A stretch of 59,956 nucleotides of DNA. Origin: Escherichia phage vB_EcoS_ESCO3. The stretch lies in the sequence record OM386652.1; one strand, written 5' to 3'. Under the pieces are notes generated by a model. The model did not search any database. It was not told where the DNA came from and was given only the letters and a program-made list of their open reading frames with translations. The translations under genes were made by a program, and so were the position numbers. The first letter of the stretch is position 1; the number at the start of each line of letters is the position of its first letter. Shown one piece after another: positions 45,167-54,356 of this stretch.

Positions 45167-45595
45167 ATGTCTTCAGAAAATAAACAAGTATCTACTGAAG
45201 TTGCAAAGAAAGCTGTTGGTGCATCTTTCCGTGACTTTAACTTGAAAAAGAAATTAGAAAACGCTCCGCTGCTGCATTATCCGCTTGTTTTTCCAGGACA
45301 GGGCGATACAGGTCACTGGTTGAAAATTCGCAACCGCCATAGCGAAGAATTCCGTCAAGCAGATCTAAAAGCACAACGTCAGATTAGTGCGCTTGTCGTT
45401 GCTAATGGATCTTTTGAAAAGATTGATAAAGACATGCTTGATGATATCAATATGCGAGCGTTCTGTAAACTGGTTGCTTCGTGGAGCTTCGAAGAAGAAT
45501 GCAACGAAGACAATCTTATTGAATTCTTTAATAATAACCCGTTTGCATATGACGACATTAATCGTCTGGCAGCGCAAGATTCCCTTTTTTTCTAA
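45167..45595 (+). CDS. tail assembly chaperone (lambda gpG analogue)
   Basis: 142 aa, directly upstream of the tape measure gene; ends at a TTTTTTC slippery heptamer. Confidence 0.6.
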   Translation: MSSENKQVSTEVAKKAVGASFRDFNLKKKLENAPLLHYPLVFPGQGDTGHWLKIRNRHSEEFRQADLKAQRQISALVVANGSFEKIDKDMLDDINMRAFCKLVASWSFEEECNEDNLIEFFNNNPFAYDDINRLAAQDSLFF

Positions 45596-45978
45596 GATCC
45601 CGCGAAAAACTAATTGATCACTTACTGCTCGAATGGCAATTGCACAGTTGCCCGCCGGGCAGTAAGACTCCAACAATTAAACATCTCCAGCACGTTAAAA
45701 AAGTCACTGGTAAGACTCCCTCCTTACTAGCAAAGTACGAATCCAGCTCCGTACCGCACGAACTCAGATACATTTACAAGTTATTTCTTGACTTTTATAA
45801 TGGTGATAAATTCAGTTACAGCGAATTTAATGCCTGGCAAGATTATATAGGTGTAGAACTTGATTTTAGAGAGCGTGAACTAATTCGGCAGATTTGTCTT
45901 GAACGGCAAGCATTTGATATTAGGCGTCAACAAGAACTTATGCAACACGCTCAGACCAATAATAAAGGAGGTAAATAA
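45167..45978 (+). CDS. tail assembly chaperone frameshift product (gpGT analogue, -1 frameshift)
   Basis: Slippery heptamer T_TTT_TTC at 45586-45592 in the zero frame. The -1 frame is open from 45562 to the stop at 45976-45978 and ends at the tape-measure start. Confidence 0.5.
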
Positions 45979-48900
45979 TGGCTGATGCAGCTGACATCGT
46001 CATTAGAGTCCGTGCTGAAGGTATTCAGAATGCTGAAACGGCACTGCGACGCTTGCAAGCGGCAGGTGTAAGAGTTGAGACTGTCAGCTCGCGTATGGAG
46101 AATGGTTTTCAACGTGCGGCTACAAGTGCTGACGCATTCCATCATGCCATTAGTGCAATCTATACGGTAATGACTGTAACCACACTGACATCCTACGTCG
46201 GTGGGCTTGCTAAGTTATCGGATGCGTGGCTGGACGTTACTAACAAACTGGCTAACGCCAACTCTGCAAACGAGCAGATGGTTGATATTCAAGAGCGAGT
46301 ATTTGGTATCGCTCAAAGAACTCGTACGAGTCTGGAAGCTACGTCAACTCTTTATGCTCGTATGGAACGTTCACTGAACCAGTACGGCGTAACTGGTAAA
46401 CAGGTCGCTCAGATCACTGAAACAATTAACAAGGCAATGATTGTTTCTGGTGCGACCACTGCGGAATCCACTGCTGCTATTATCCAGTTCTCACAGGGTC
46501 TACAATCTGGTGTGTTACGTGGGGACGAATTCCGTTCTGTAATGGAACAGGCTCCGCGTCTCGGTAAGATGATCGCAGATGGTCTTGGTGTTGGTACTGC
46601 TGGTCTTCGCCAGATGGCTAATACTGGACAGTTGACCGCTGACGTAGTCATTAACTCCATTTCTAAAGCTGCATCCACCATTGACGATGAGTTTGGTCGT
46701 ACGATACCAACGTTCTCGCAGCGTATGGAGATCGCGAACAACAACTTAATTAAATTCGCGGGAACGTCAACCTCAGTACAAACTGTGGTCAATTCTATGG
46801 GTGCTGTGATCGAAACTGCTACAGAGCACCTTACCTTGTTGTCAAATACGGCAATCGGTGTTGCTGCTATTGTTGGCGGTCGAATGATTACTGCTTTAGG
46901 TGCGCAGATTGCAGCATTCATAAAGCTCAATGCAATACAAGCAAGTAGCTCAGCTATAAACATTAAGACTATTGATGGTATCACACGATCCGCAGTAGCT
47001 CGCTATAACGAAGCACAAGCAACGTTAGCACAAGTTGCAGCCGAGCGCACCAAAATTCAGGCGGCATTGCAAGCCAACCAAACATATTATAAAGGTATAG
47101 CGACACTCAACGCATACATGCAGAATACGCGGCAGGTGCGCGAAGCTACGGAAGCGGTTGCTATTGCCCAGACTACCATGCAGGCGCGTATGGCTGCCGC
47201 GACTGTAGCGTCCCGTGTGCTCACTGTCACCATGACAGGTCTGCGGACGGTAATGGGCTTGATGGGTGGGCCTGTAGGTGTGGTCACATTGGCCGCTGCT
47301 GCATGGTTCATGTGGAGTCAAAACAGTAAACAAGCTGTTCAAGACGCACAGAACCTTGCATCTTCTCAGGAAGATTTAAAGAATAAGTTAAAAGAAACAA
47401 CTCTTGAACAGCAACGAGCTCTTAGTGTTCAGTTGCAACGTGCCGCTATCACGTTGGATGAACAGATTGCTGCTGAAAATACAGAGCTGGCTGAATTAAA
47501 GAACCGTCTTAGCACTGTAACGCGCTATCAAGCTGAAGCAACTGAAGGTACTAGTGAGTATAACCGTCTCACTAAAGACCGTAAGGAGTTAGAAGGTGAT
47601 ATTGCAATCAAGATTGGTGAAATATCCGCCCTTGAGCAGAAAGCACAGCAAATTAAATCTAACTTAACGACCGTACTGAACAATTTAACTGCTGCTGTAA
47701 TGGGTCATACTGATGCACTCAAAGCGGAAAACGAGCAGTTATCTATTAATATTAGTTCTGCTGCCGGTCGTTCGCAGGAGCTAGTTAGTGCAATTCAAGC
47801 TCAGAATAATGAGTTCGATGTTGCTCAATTGAAGATGTCGGGTCACGCACGACAAGCAAGCATCCTAAGAGATGCTCAGACAGCTCTTGGTAAGAAGTAT
47901 AAAGAAAACGAATCGTTTATCAAGAATTATATTAGCGGTCATGCTGATGCAACTGCTGTATTAACCGATGAGCAGAGAGGACTAGTAGAGTTTATCAACT
48001 TGTCTGGAAAGAACTATGACGTTCAGAAGAAGATCCATGAACAGCAAGAAAAAGAACGTCAGAGTAAGAAAGACAATAAAGCTGCCATACGCTATGCTGA
48101 ACAATGGGATAAAGCATATGAACGCGTAGAAGCGCGTGGTGCTACTGGTTTACAGCGTCTTAACTTACAGCAAGAAGCTGAAGTTCGTGCTATTCGTGAT
48201 AAAGCTGAACGAGCTAAAGCATCTGAAGAAGAATTACAGAATGCGTTACTGGCTATTCAACGTAAGTACGATCTGAAACGTGCAGAACTGGCAGAGCAGT
48301 ACAAGCCGGGCGTTGCAATGGTGCGTGCGTACAAAGAAGCCCAGCAAGAAATAAATCAGTTGCTTGAAGCTGGTTTATTGACAGAGCAACAGGCATATAC
48401 GGCTAGATTGAATTTGCAGGCTGATTATTATACAAAACGTGCGCAGATGCAATCTGAATTGAACCCTGCTGGACAAGCTGCTGATCAAGAAGCTGCTGAA
48501 CTTGCAACACTTAAATCCCAGTATGAAACAGCGATTGAATTAGCTGCTGGCAAAGAAGAGCAACTAACCGCTATCAAAGAGAACTATGAGCGCATACGAC
48601 ACGACATTCAGTTGAAGTACGCTCAGAAGCAGATGCTCGCTCAGAACCAGACGGCAATGGCTTACATTGAAAGTCTGAGCTCTATGGCTGGGTCAATGGC
48701 CACAATTATGGCTGCTGCTGGCGATGATGCTAGTGGTGCTTACAGGGTTATGTTCGCACTGTCTAAATCGTTCAGTATTGCTCAGTCGATGTTAAGTATT
48801 ACCACCGCACTGTCGCAGGTGTTAGCAGATCCGACAGCATTGACACCGATGCAAAAGATGGCCAACTACGCAACTATTGCGGCCGCTGGTGCTAACATTA

Positions 48901-49238
48901 TTTCGACATTATCCAGTGTCGCTCTTACTGGTATGGCTCACGATGGTATAGCCAACGTTCCAGAAGAGGGTACGTGGCTTCTGAATAAAGGTGAACGAGT
49001 TCTTAGTCCCCAACAGAACGCGGACTTTACTAACTTTATGAAGGGTCAATCAAATACTGGCAATAATTCGGGTGGGGGTGTTATCATTAACCAGAACTTT
49101 AACATCCAGGGTAATGGTGATGCAGCTTTGAAAAGCGCAGTTCAACAAGCTGCGAGAGATGGCGCCCAGCAAGGTTATAACATGGTGCTCCAAGACTTTG
49201 CTAACCGTGGATCAATTAGAAAATTAGCGTTGGGGTAA
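45978..49238 (+). CDS. tail tape measure protein
   Basis: 1086 aa, alpha-helical and Ala/Gln-rich, located after the G/GT chaperones. GGAGG ribosome-binding site. Confidence 0.85.
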   Translation: MADAADIVIRVRAEGIQNAETALRRLQAAGVRVETVSSRMENGFQRAATSADAFHHAISAIYTVMTVTTLTSYVGGLAKLSDAWLDVTNKLANANSANEQMVDIQERVFGIAQRTRTSLEATSTLYARMERSLNQYGVTGKQVAQITETINKAMIVSGATTAESTAAIIQFSQGLQSGVLRGDEFRSVMEQAPRLGKMIADGLGVGTAGLRQMANTGQLTADVVINSISKAASTIDDEFGRTIPTFSQRMEIANNNLIKFAGTSTSVQTVVNSMGAVIETATEHLTLLSNTAIGVAAIVGGRMITALGAQIAAFIKLNAIQASSSAINIKTIDGITRSAVARYNEAQATLAQVAAERTKIQAALQANQTYYKGIATLNAYMQNTRQVREATEAVAIAQTTMQARMAAATVASRVLTVTMTGLRTVMGLMGGPVGVVTLAAAAWFMWSQNSKQAVQDAQNLASSQEDLKNKLKETTLEQQRALSVQLQRAAITLDEQIAAENTELAELKNRLSTVTRYQAEATEGTSEYNRLTKDRKELEGDIAIKIGEISALEQKAQQIKSNLTTVLNNLTAAVMGHTDALKAENEQLSINISSAAGRSQELVSAIQAQNNEFDVAQLKMSGHARQASILRDAQTALGKKYKENESFIKNYISGHADATAVLTDEQRGLVEFINLSGKNYDVQKKIHEQQEKERQSKKDNKAAIRYAEQWDKAYERVEARGATGLQRLNLQQEAEVRAIRDKAERAKASEEELQNALLAIQRKYDLKRAELAEQYKPGVAMVRAYKEAQQEINQLLEAGLLTEQQAYTARLNLQADYYTKRAQMQSELNPAGQAADQEAAELATLKSQYETAIELAAGKEEQLTAIKENYERIRHDIQLKYAQKQMLAQNQTAMAYIESLSSMAGSMATIMAAAGDDASGAYRVMFALSKSFSIAQSMLSITTALSQVLADPTALTPMQKMANYATIAAAGANIISTLSSVALTGMAHDGIANVPEEGTWLLNKGERVLSPQQNADFTNFMKGQSNTGNNSGGGVIINQNFNIQGNGDAALKSAVQQAARDGAQQGYNMVLQDFANRGSIRKLALG

Positions 49239-49240
49239 AG

Positions 49241-49831
49241 ATGGCGATATTAACCTGGCCTGAAGCCTTAAGACCTTCTACGATGGACTGGGATCTCGTA
49301 TCTAACTCTGTAAAATTTACAAGCCCCTTCAACGGGGCTTCACAGGTTGTAGGATATCCAGGATCACGTTGGAAGGCGAGTCTTAAATTTAATAACTTGG
49401 ACGATTGGGAATCCCGAAAGCTGGAAGTCCTTATTGCTAAGTTGGACGGCATGGTCGGCATGATAAAGTTACACGACTTTGGTAGATGGGGGCGCCCACC
49501 AGTTGGGACTCCTGTGGTCAAAGGAGCAAACAACACCGGGACACAGATACAGTCAAGGGGTTGGCTCGCTAAACGCCTTGTTCTACAAGAAGGTGATTAT
49601 ATTACTGTCAACAACGAACTCAAACTTGTTACGGAAGATGTATGGAGCGATGCCAGTGGTCTTGCTACGGTGTACTTTGCACCTATGTTAAGAAATGTCC
49701 CACCTGACGGAGCTAAGATAGAGACTGAAAACCCATTTGGATTGTTTCGTTTATCCGATAACACAAATGGTGTGTCCCGTCAACCTGCATTCAATAACTC
49801 GTTCACGTTAGAGTTTGAGGAGACTTTTTAA
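49241..49831 (+). CDS. minor tail protein (lambda gpM/distal tail analogue)
   Basis: 196 aa; assigned by position after the tape measure. Confidence 0.5.
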   Translation: MAILTWPEALRPSTMDWDLVSNSVKFTSPFNGASQVVGYPGSRWKASLKFNNLDDWESRKLEVLIAKLDGMVGMIKLHDFGRWGRPPVGTPVVKGANNTGTQIQSRGWLAKRLVLQEGDYITVNNELKLVTEDVWSDASGLATVYFAPMLRNVPPDGAKIETENPFGLFRLSDNTNGVSRQPAFNNSFTLEFEETF

Positions 49832-50416
49832 ATGATATTTAGTCCGTTCAGTGACTCTTTATTGGACTCTATGGAACAACCTAGCGTCACGATGATAATT
49901 GCAGTTGCAATTTATTTTGATTCAGGAACAACGAGAGTCCACTCTGGTACTGGCATATTATCTATTGATGGTCAGACATTCGTTGGTGTCGGTAATCTAG
50001 GTGATGTAGGTGGTGTCACGGAAGAGAATACTACCAGTGCAAGTACGATGTCTCTTACATTAAGTGGACTTGATATGACACTTGTTGGGCAGACACTCAA
50101 TGAAAACTGCGTAGGACGAGATGTGAAATGTTATATCGCTACTATGGATGAAAGAGGGCAGGTGACTAACGCCAACGTCCTCTTTGAAGGTTTTATTAGT
50201 GATACTGCAATGCAAGCAGGCACAACAAACGCTATCACTTATACGGTGTCCAATATATTTGAAAAATGGTCTTCCGGTATACCGGATCGTTATACGGATG
50301 AAAGCCAACAGCGACTACATCCTGGAGACCGATTCTTTAGATATGTTGCACAAATGGCAGAGCGTTCAATTTATTGGGGAAGTAAAAAAGATGCACCAGG
50401 ATTCAACTACAATTAA
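49832..50416 (+). CDS. minor tail protein (lambda gpL analogue)
   Basis: 194 aa; assigned by position. Confidence 0.5.
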   Translation: MIFSPFSDSLLDSMEQPSVTMIIAVAIYFDSGTTRVHSGTGILSIDGQTFVGVGNLGDVGGVTEENTTSASTMSLTLSGLDMTLVGQTLNENCVGRDVKCYIATMDERGQVTNANVLFEGFISDTAMQAGTTNAITYTVSNIFEKWSSGIPDRYTDESQQRLHPGDRFFRYVAQMAERSIYWGSKKDAPGFNYN

Positions 50417-50825
50417 GATTCCAGGTTGGCAGACACGCTTGCTGACCACAGTTAACTCCCTCAAAGAAGTTCCTTTCCAATGGGGTCAAAATGATTGCTG
50501 CATCTTTGCCGCTAAGTGTATTGATGCTCAATATGGTACAAAGATTGCGGATGAAGTTGTAGGTCAATATGACTCCGAGATTAGCTGTAAACGCTTTATG
50601 CTAAAACGAGTCAAAGACACATCCTTAGCAATGGTTCTGGACTCATTCTTACCAGTTCGTGTAGACAGAAAGTTTGCTCAACGCGGTGACGTAGTGACAT
50701 TTAACGGGGATCTTGGCTTAACTGCTGGGATACTGTGGACAGGTTGCATCTGGGCGATGGGCCCGAGTGGTGTTGTTACCTTTAAACTGACGGACGTCGA
50801 AATCACAGACGCGTGGAGGGTGTAA
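50391..50825 (+). CDS. tail tip assembly protein (lambda gpK-like, possible NlpC/P60-type Cys)
   Basis: Start placed at the ATG at 50391 (MHQDSTTIK); the track ORF begins at 50184 inside the preceding gene. Contains GQNDCCIFAAKC. Confidence 0.4.
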   Translation: MHQDSTTIKIPGWQTRLLTTVNSLKEVPFQWGQNDCCIFAAKCIDAQYGTKIADEVVGQYDSEISCKRFMLKRVKDTSLAMVLDSFLPVRVDRKFAQRGDVVTFNGDLGLTAGILWTGCIWAMGPSGVVTFKLTDVEITDAWRV

Positions 50826-53800
50826 ATGCCACCAGCAATAATTGGAGCTGTAGTTGCTATCGGGGCGGCGGCTGGGGCAGCGGCAGGTATTATCACAGCC
50901 ACTACCGCGCTTGTAATTGGTATTGCTGCCAGTGCTGCTGGAGCTCTACTTACAAAAACTCAGAGCTATAACTTTGACTCCTATACACCTCAGAGCGAGC
51001 GTAAACAGGTTATTCGTGCTGCTGCTGCATCCAGGACAGTTATTTATGGGACGACTGTGTCTAGTGGTGTTCTTGTATTTGCAGAAGAAGAACCGGGAGT
51101 ACAGGATCCAGATAAACACGGTGAGAACTACGAGAAGTTGACTCTTGTATTGGCATTAGCTGGACACGAACTGACTGAAGTAGGACAAGTGTGGTTAGGG
51201 GACGATCCAATAGGTACTTATGCGGGAAACGCGTCCTATAAGGTATACAACAATCCTACTACGGTCAGTCAAGACATGTTGAATCGCTGCCCATCATGGA
51301 AAAGGGACATGATTGGTAAAGGTATCTGCTGGATGCAGTTAAACCTAGTATATGATTCGCAGAAGTTTCCAGCTGGACTTCCTAATGTCAAATGTGTTAA
51401 GAAGGGGAGAAAAGTTCTAGACCCTAGAACTGGACAGATGGTGTTTAGCAATAATGCCGCCCTTGTGATTTTGGACTATCTTCGAGTGTATCTTAAACGC
51501 GGAGACGATTCAATTCTTTGGGAACAGTTCAAAGAGGCCGCTAACATATGTGATGAAAGAGTTAAGAACGCGGATGACACGTTTGAATCCCGGTATACTA
51601 TCAACGGGGAATTTGACATGGATGAAGCACCTTCTAAGATCCTGGAAGACATGCTTGACGCTTGCGGTGGGGAGTTGACTTATATCGGCGGTAAGCATGG
51701 TATCCTGGTAGGTGCATATTACGGGCCTCCGGAATTAACTCTGGATACAAGCTGCATTGCCGGTGACATTAAAATCACACCAGAGACAGCTTTTAAAGAT
51801 CGAACTAATACAATCACAGGTACTTACATCGATCCTCTGCAAAACTATCAAGAAGCAGACTTCCCGTCTGTAAGTGTTTCTGAATGGGTACAGCAAGACG
51901 GTCAAGAGATTACACAAGACGTCGATTATCGTTTTGTCACAAGCCCATATCAGGCTCAACGTCTAGCTAACTTGACGTTGAAACGCAAACGTATCGGTCG
52001 TTCCATCGAGATACCATGTAACATGCGTGGGTATCGTTTCCGTCCAGGTATGTATGTTTACGTTGACATTCCTAATATTGGAATGAACAAGGTAGAGATG
52101 CGTGTTATTAAGTGGCAGTTTGATCCGAAAGGTGGTGTCACTGTAACTGTACGCCAAGACTTCCCGGACTTATGGGACGATGCAATTGGCAAACCTGTAG
52201 AGCGACCAGATCTAGTGGATTTGCCTACTGGTGGCGCTATGCAACCTCAGAACCTACAATATGAAGTCTTACAAATTAGCGACGTTGTACAGGGTGTTCT
52301 GTCGTGGCAAAATATAATGGCTGTAGCCTACAACAACGTAGTAATTAAGAAAGATGGTACTACCGTATTGACGGTGCAAGTACCGGGCCAGAGCACGCGG
52401 ATTACGGGGCTTATTCGCGGCGCTTATACAGCACATGTGAAAGCTGTGGCGTATACCGGCGCGACAAGTCCAGAAGCGTATCTTGAATTCAATATTCAAG
52501 CACCTTCCGCCCCTACGTCTGTTGAAGTAACGCAAGGCTACTTCGCAGTGACATTGAAACCAAAATCTGCGGATCTGGCGAACGTTAGTACACAATATGA
52601 TTTCTGGACTTCCGGTGAAACAAGATTACCATCCGCCGCTGTAGACGTGGTAGAACGACAAGCCACCCGTGCTGGTATGGGTACAACGTGGACTTCAGAA
52701 GGGTTGCTTAATGACCGCACTTATTACTGGTACGTGCGAGCAATCAATGCTTTTGGTTCTTCTTCATTTGTAGAGGTGGCTGCAAGATGCTTTACAGATG
52801 CTGCTGGCCTCATTCCGCAGATTGACACAGAGTTCAAAGGTACTAACACCTATAAAGAACTTATGGCTGAGATTGGAAGCGTCAGCGATGGTGTCAAGAG
52901 TTATGTGGACGACCAAATTGAAACCTCTGAAGGGCGCTTAACTCAAACAATAGATACAGTGCAACAATCTGTAGTTCTTGTCGACGGTAAAGTGCAACAA
53001 CAAGGCGTCACAATCAATGAACAGGGGCAGTTAATAGATGCTCAAGGTAAGTTAATTGAGACAAACGGCCAACAGATCAATGTGGTCAAAGCTACCGTAC
53101 AGGAAGTCAGTAAGTCCGTTGTGGATCTTGAAGGTAACGTCAACGCTCAGTGGGGCGCGAAGATTCAGGTGGATAGTAAAGGTCAAAAATACGTTGCCGG
53201 TATTCAGTTAGGTATGGAAGGTTCCGGTGGAGCTATTCAATCCTACTTTATGGTCAATGCCAACAACTTTGCTATCTATAACCCAACTAACAGCACAGCG
53301 GATTTAGCATTTGCAGTTAAGAACGGTCAAGTGTTCATGAAGGCAACGTTCATTGAGAACGGGTCCATTGATAATGCTAAGATCGGTAACTATATTCAAT
53401 CTAACAACTATGTAGCTGGTTCTGCAGGCTGGAAGTTGAATAAAGCTGGGGATGCTGAACTGAATAATGTTGTCGTGAGGGGTACGGTATATGCCACAAA
53501 CGGTAGATTCACAGGCGAGATACAGGCAACTAGTGGGACATTTAAAGGTACAGTTGAAGCAAGCAGATTTATCGGGGATGTAGTCGCAATCTATACTTTC
53601 CCAGATATATTAGGTATAGGTGCGGATATTTCCGGTGAGCAATATAAAGTATACACTTATAATGATTCGTCATCATCCCCACAAGCAAGATCTGTTGTAT
53701 TTGATTGTGTAGTGAGAACTTCAGGAACTTCAGCTGGATATAAATTAAAACTAACATTAGCAGGTCAATATAGGGAATATATAATCAATCAAACTAATAT

Positions 53801-53954
53801 TATGATTCCTATAAAATTCGGAGTAAGTGGAGTTACAACACGTAGTATACAACTGATTCTGGATACAGATAGGGGTACTGGTACACACATAGATATTATA
53901 GCACCGACATTAACAATAGGGAGAGCTAGTGGTACTTTCACTGTAAGTGGATAA
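50826..53954 (+). CDS. central tail fiber / host specificity protein (lambda J-like)
   Basis: 1042 aa. Several segments align by eye to lambda gpJ (YYWYVRAINAFGSSSFVEV vs YYFYIRSVNTVGKSAFVEA; YVAGIQLGMEG vs YVAGIGLSMED; TQGYFAVTLKP vs TPGYFQITATP). Confidence 0.7.
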   Translation: MPPAIIGAVVAIGAAAGAAAGIITATTALVIGIAASAAGALLTKTQSYNFDSYTPQSERKQVIRAAAASRTVIYGTTVSSGVLVFAEEEPGVQDPDKHGENYEKLTLVLALAGHELTEVGQVWLGDDPIGTYAGNASYKVYNNPTTVSQDMLNRCPSWKRDMIGKGICWMQLNLVYDSQKFPAGLPNVKCVKKGRKVLDPRTGQMVFSNNAALVILDYLRVYLKRGDDSILWEQFKEAANICDERVKNADDTFESRYTINGEFDMDEAPSKILEDMLDACGGELTYIGGKHGILVGAYYGPPELTLDTSCIAGDIKITPETAFKDRTNTITGTYIDPLQNYQEADFPSVSVSEWVQQDGQEITQDVDYRFVTSPYQAQRLANLTLKRKRIGRSIEIPCNMRGYRFRPGMYVYVDIPNIGMNKVEMRVIKWQFDPKGGVTVTVRQDFPDLWDDAIGKPVERPDLVDLPTGGAMQPQNLQYEVLQISDVVQGVLSWQNIMAVAYNNVVIKKDGTTVLTVQVPGQSTRITGLIRGAYTAHVKAVAYTGATSPEAYLEFNIQAPSAPTSVEVTQGYFAVTLKPKSADLANVSTQYDFWTSGETRLPSAAVDVVERQATRAGMGTTWTSEGLLNDRTYYWYVRAINAFGSSSFVEVAARCFTDAAGLIPQIDTEFKGTNTYKELMAEIGSVSDGVKSYVDDQIETSEGRLTQTIDTVQQSVVLVDGKVQQQGVTINEQGQLIDAQGKLIETNGQQINVVKATVQEVSKSVVDLEGNVNAQWGAKIQVDSKGQKYVAGIQLGMEGSGGAIQSYFMVNANNFAIYNPTNSTADLAFAVKNGQVFMKATFIENGSIDNAKIGNYIQSNNYVAGSAGWKLNKAGDAELNNVVVRGTVYATNGRFTGEIQATSGTFKGTVEASRFIGDVVAIYTFPDILGIGADISGEQYKVYTYNDSSSSPQARSVVFDCVVRTSGTSAGYKLKLTLAGQYREYIINQTNIMIPIKFGVSGVTTRSIQLILDTDRGTGTHIDIIAPTLTIGRASGTFTVSG

Positions 53955-53992
53955 AAAAATAGGCGCTCTATCGAGCGCCTATAATTTATTTA
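53952..53992. terminator. bidirectional rho-independent terminator
   Basis: Stem AGGCGCTC / GAGCGCCT with loop TATC, flanked by an A run upstream and a T-rich stretch downstream. Sits between the convergent J-like gene and the antisense small gene. Confidence 0.65.
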
Positions 53993-54267
53993 CAACCTTC
54001 AGACCAACCAACACGGTTCATAGCCGGTGAGCAATCAGGTTTAACTTTTTTACCTTTCATCCACTCAGCTTTAGCTTTACCAGCGGTAGTGCCTTCGTAG
54101 ATGGAAGTCTGGTGCTCAATGTTGCTTACTCCACCAGTATGCCCGCCTAATGATGAACCACTACCAGGACCACCATTACCTGGGCCACCAGTACCACCGG
54201 AATGACCAGTTGCATAAGCAAAAGTAGCAGTCATAGAAAGAATAATGGCGCAGATTAAAGTCTTCAT
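53986..54267 (-). CDS. small secreted Gly-rich protein (candidate superinfection-exclusion/receptor-blocking factor)
   Basis: Start placed at the ATG at 54267. Signal peptide MKTLICAIILSMTATFAYA, Gly-rich mature region, C-terminal Cys pair. The only minus-strand gene in the rightward structural arm, directly after the host-specificity gene. Confidence 0.5.
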   Translation of the reverse strand: MKTLICAIILSMTATFAYATGHSGGTGGPGNGGPGSGSSLGGHTGGVSNIEHQTSIYEGTTAGKAKAEWMKGKKVKPDCSPAMNRVGWSEGCK

Positions 54268-54356
54268 TTCGAACTCCTTTATGTTTGTGTGTAACAACTA
54301 TATAGGGATATAATTTAAGATGTAAACCCCCCCGATCTTATATAAGGGCACAACTC

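Noticed and set aside
46409-46984. 191-aa minus-strand ORF inside the tape measure gene
   Set aside because: Antisense to the 1086-aa tape measure ORF, which has the canonical position, ribosome-binding site and composition; no independent signals.
50184-50390. N-terminal 69-aa extension of the gpK-like ORF overlapping the preceding gene
   Set aside because: The extension lies wholly inside the better-supported gpL-like ORF in another frame; the internal Met at 50391 gives a 4-codon-class overlap typical of coupled tail genes.
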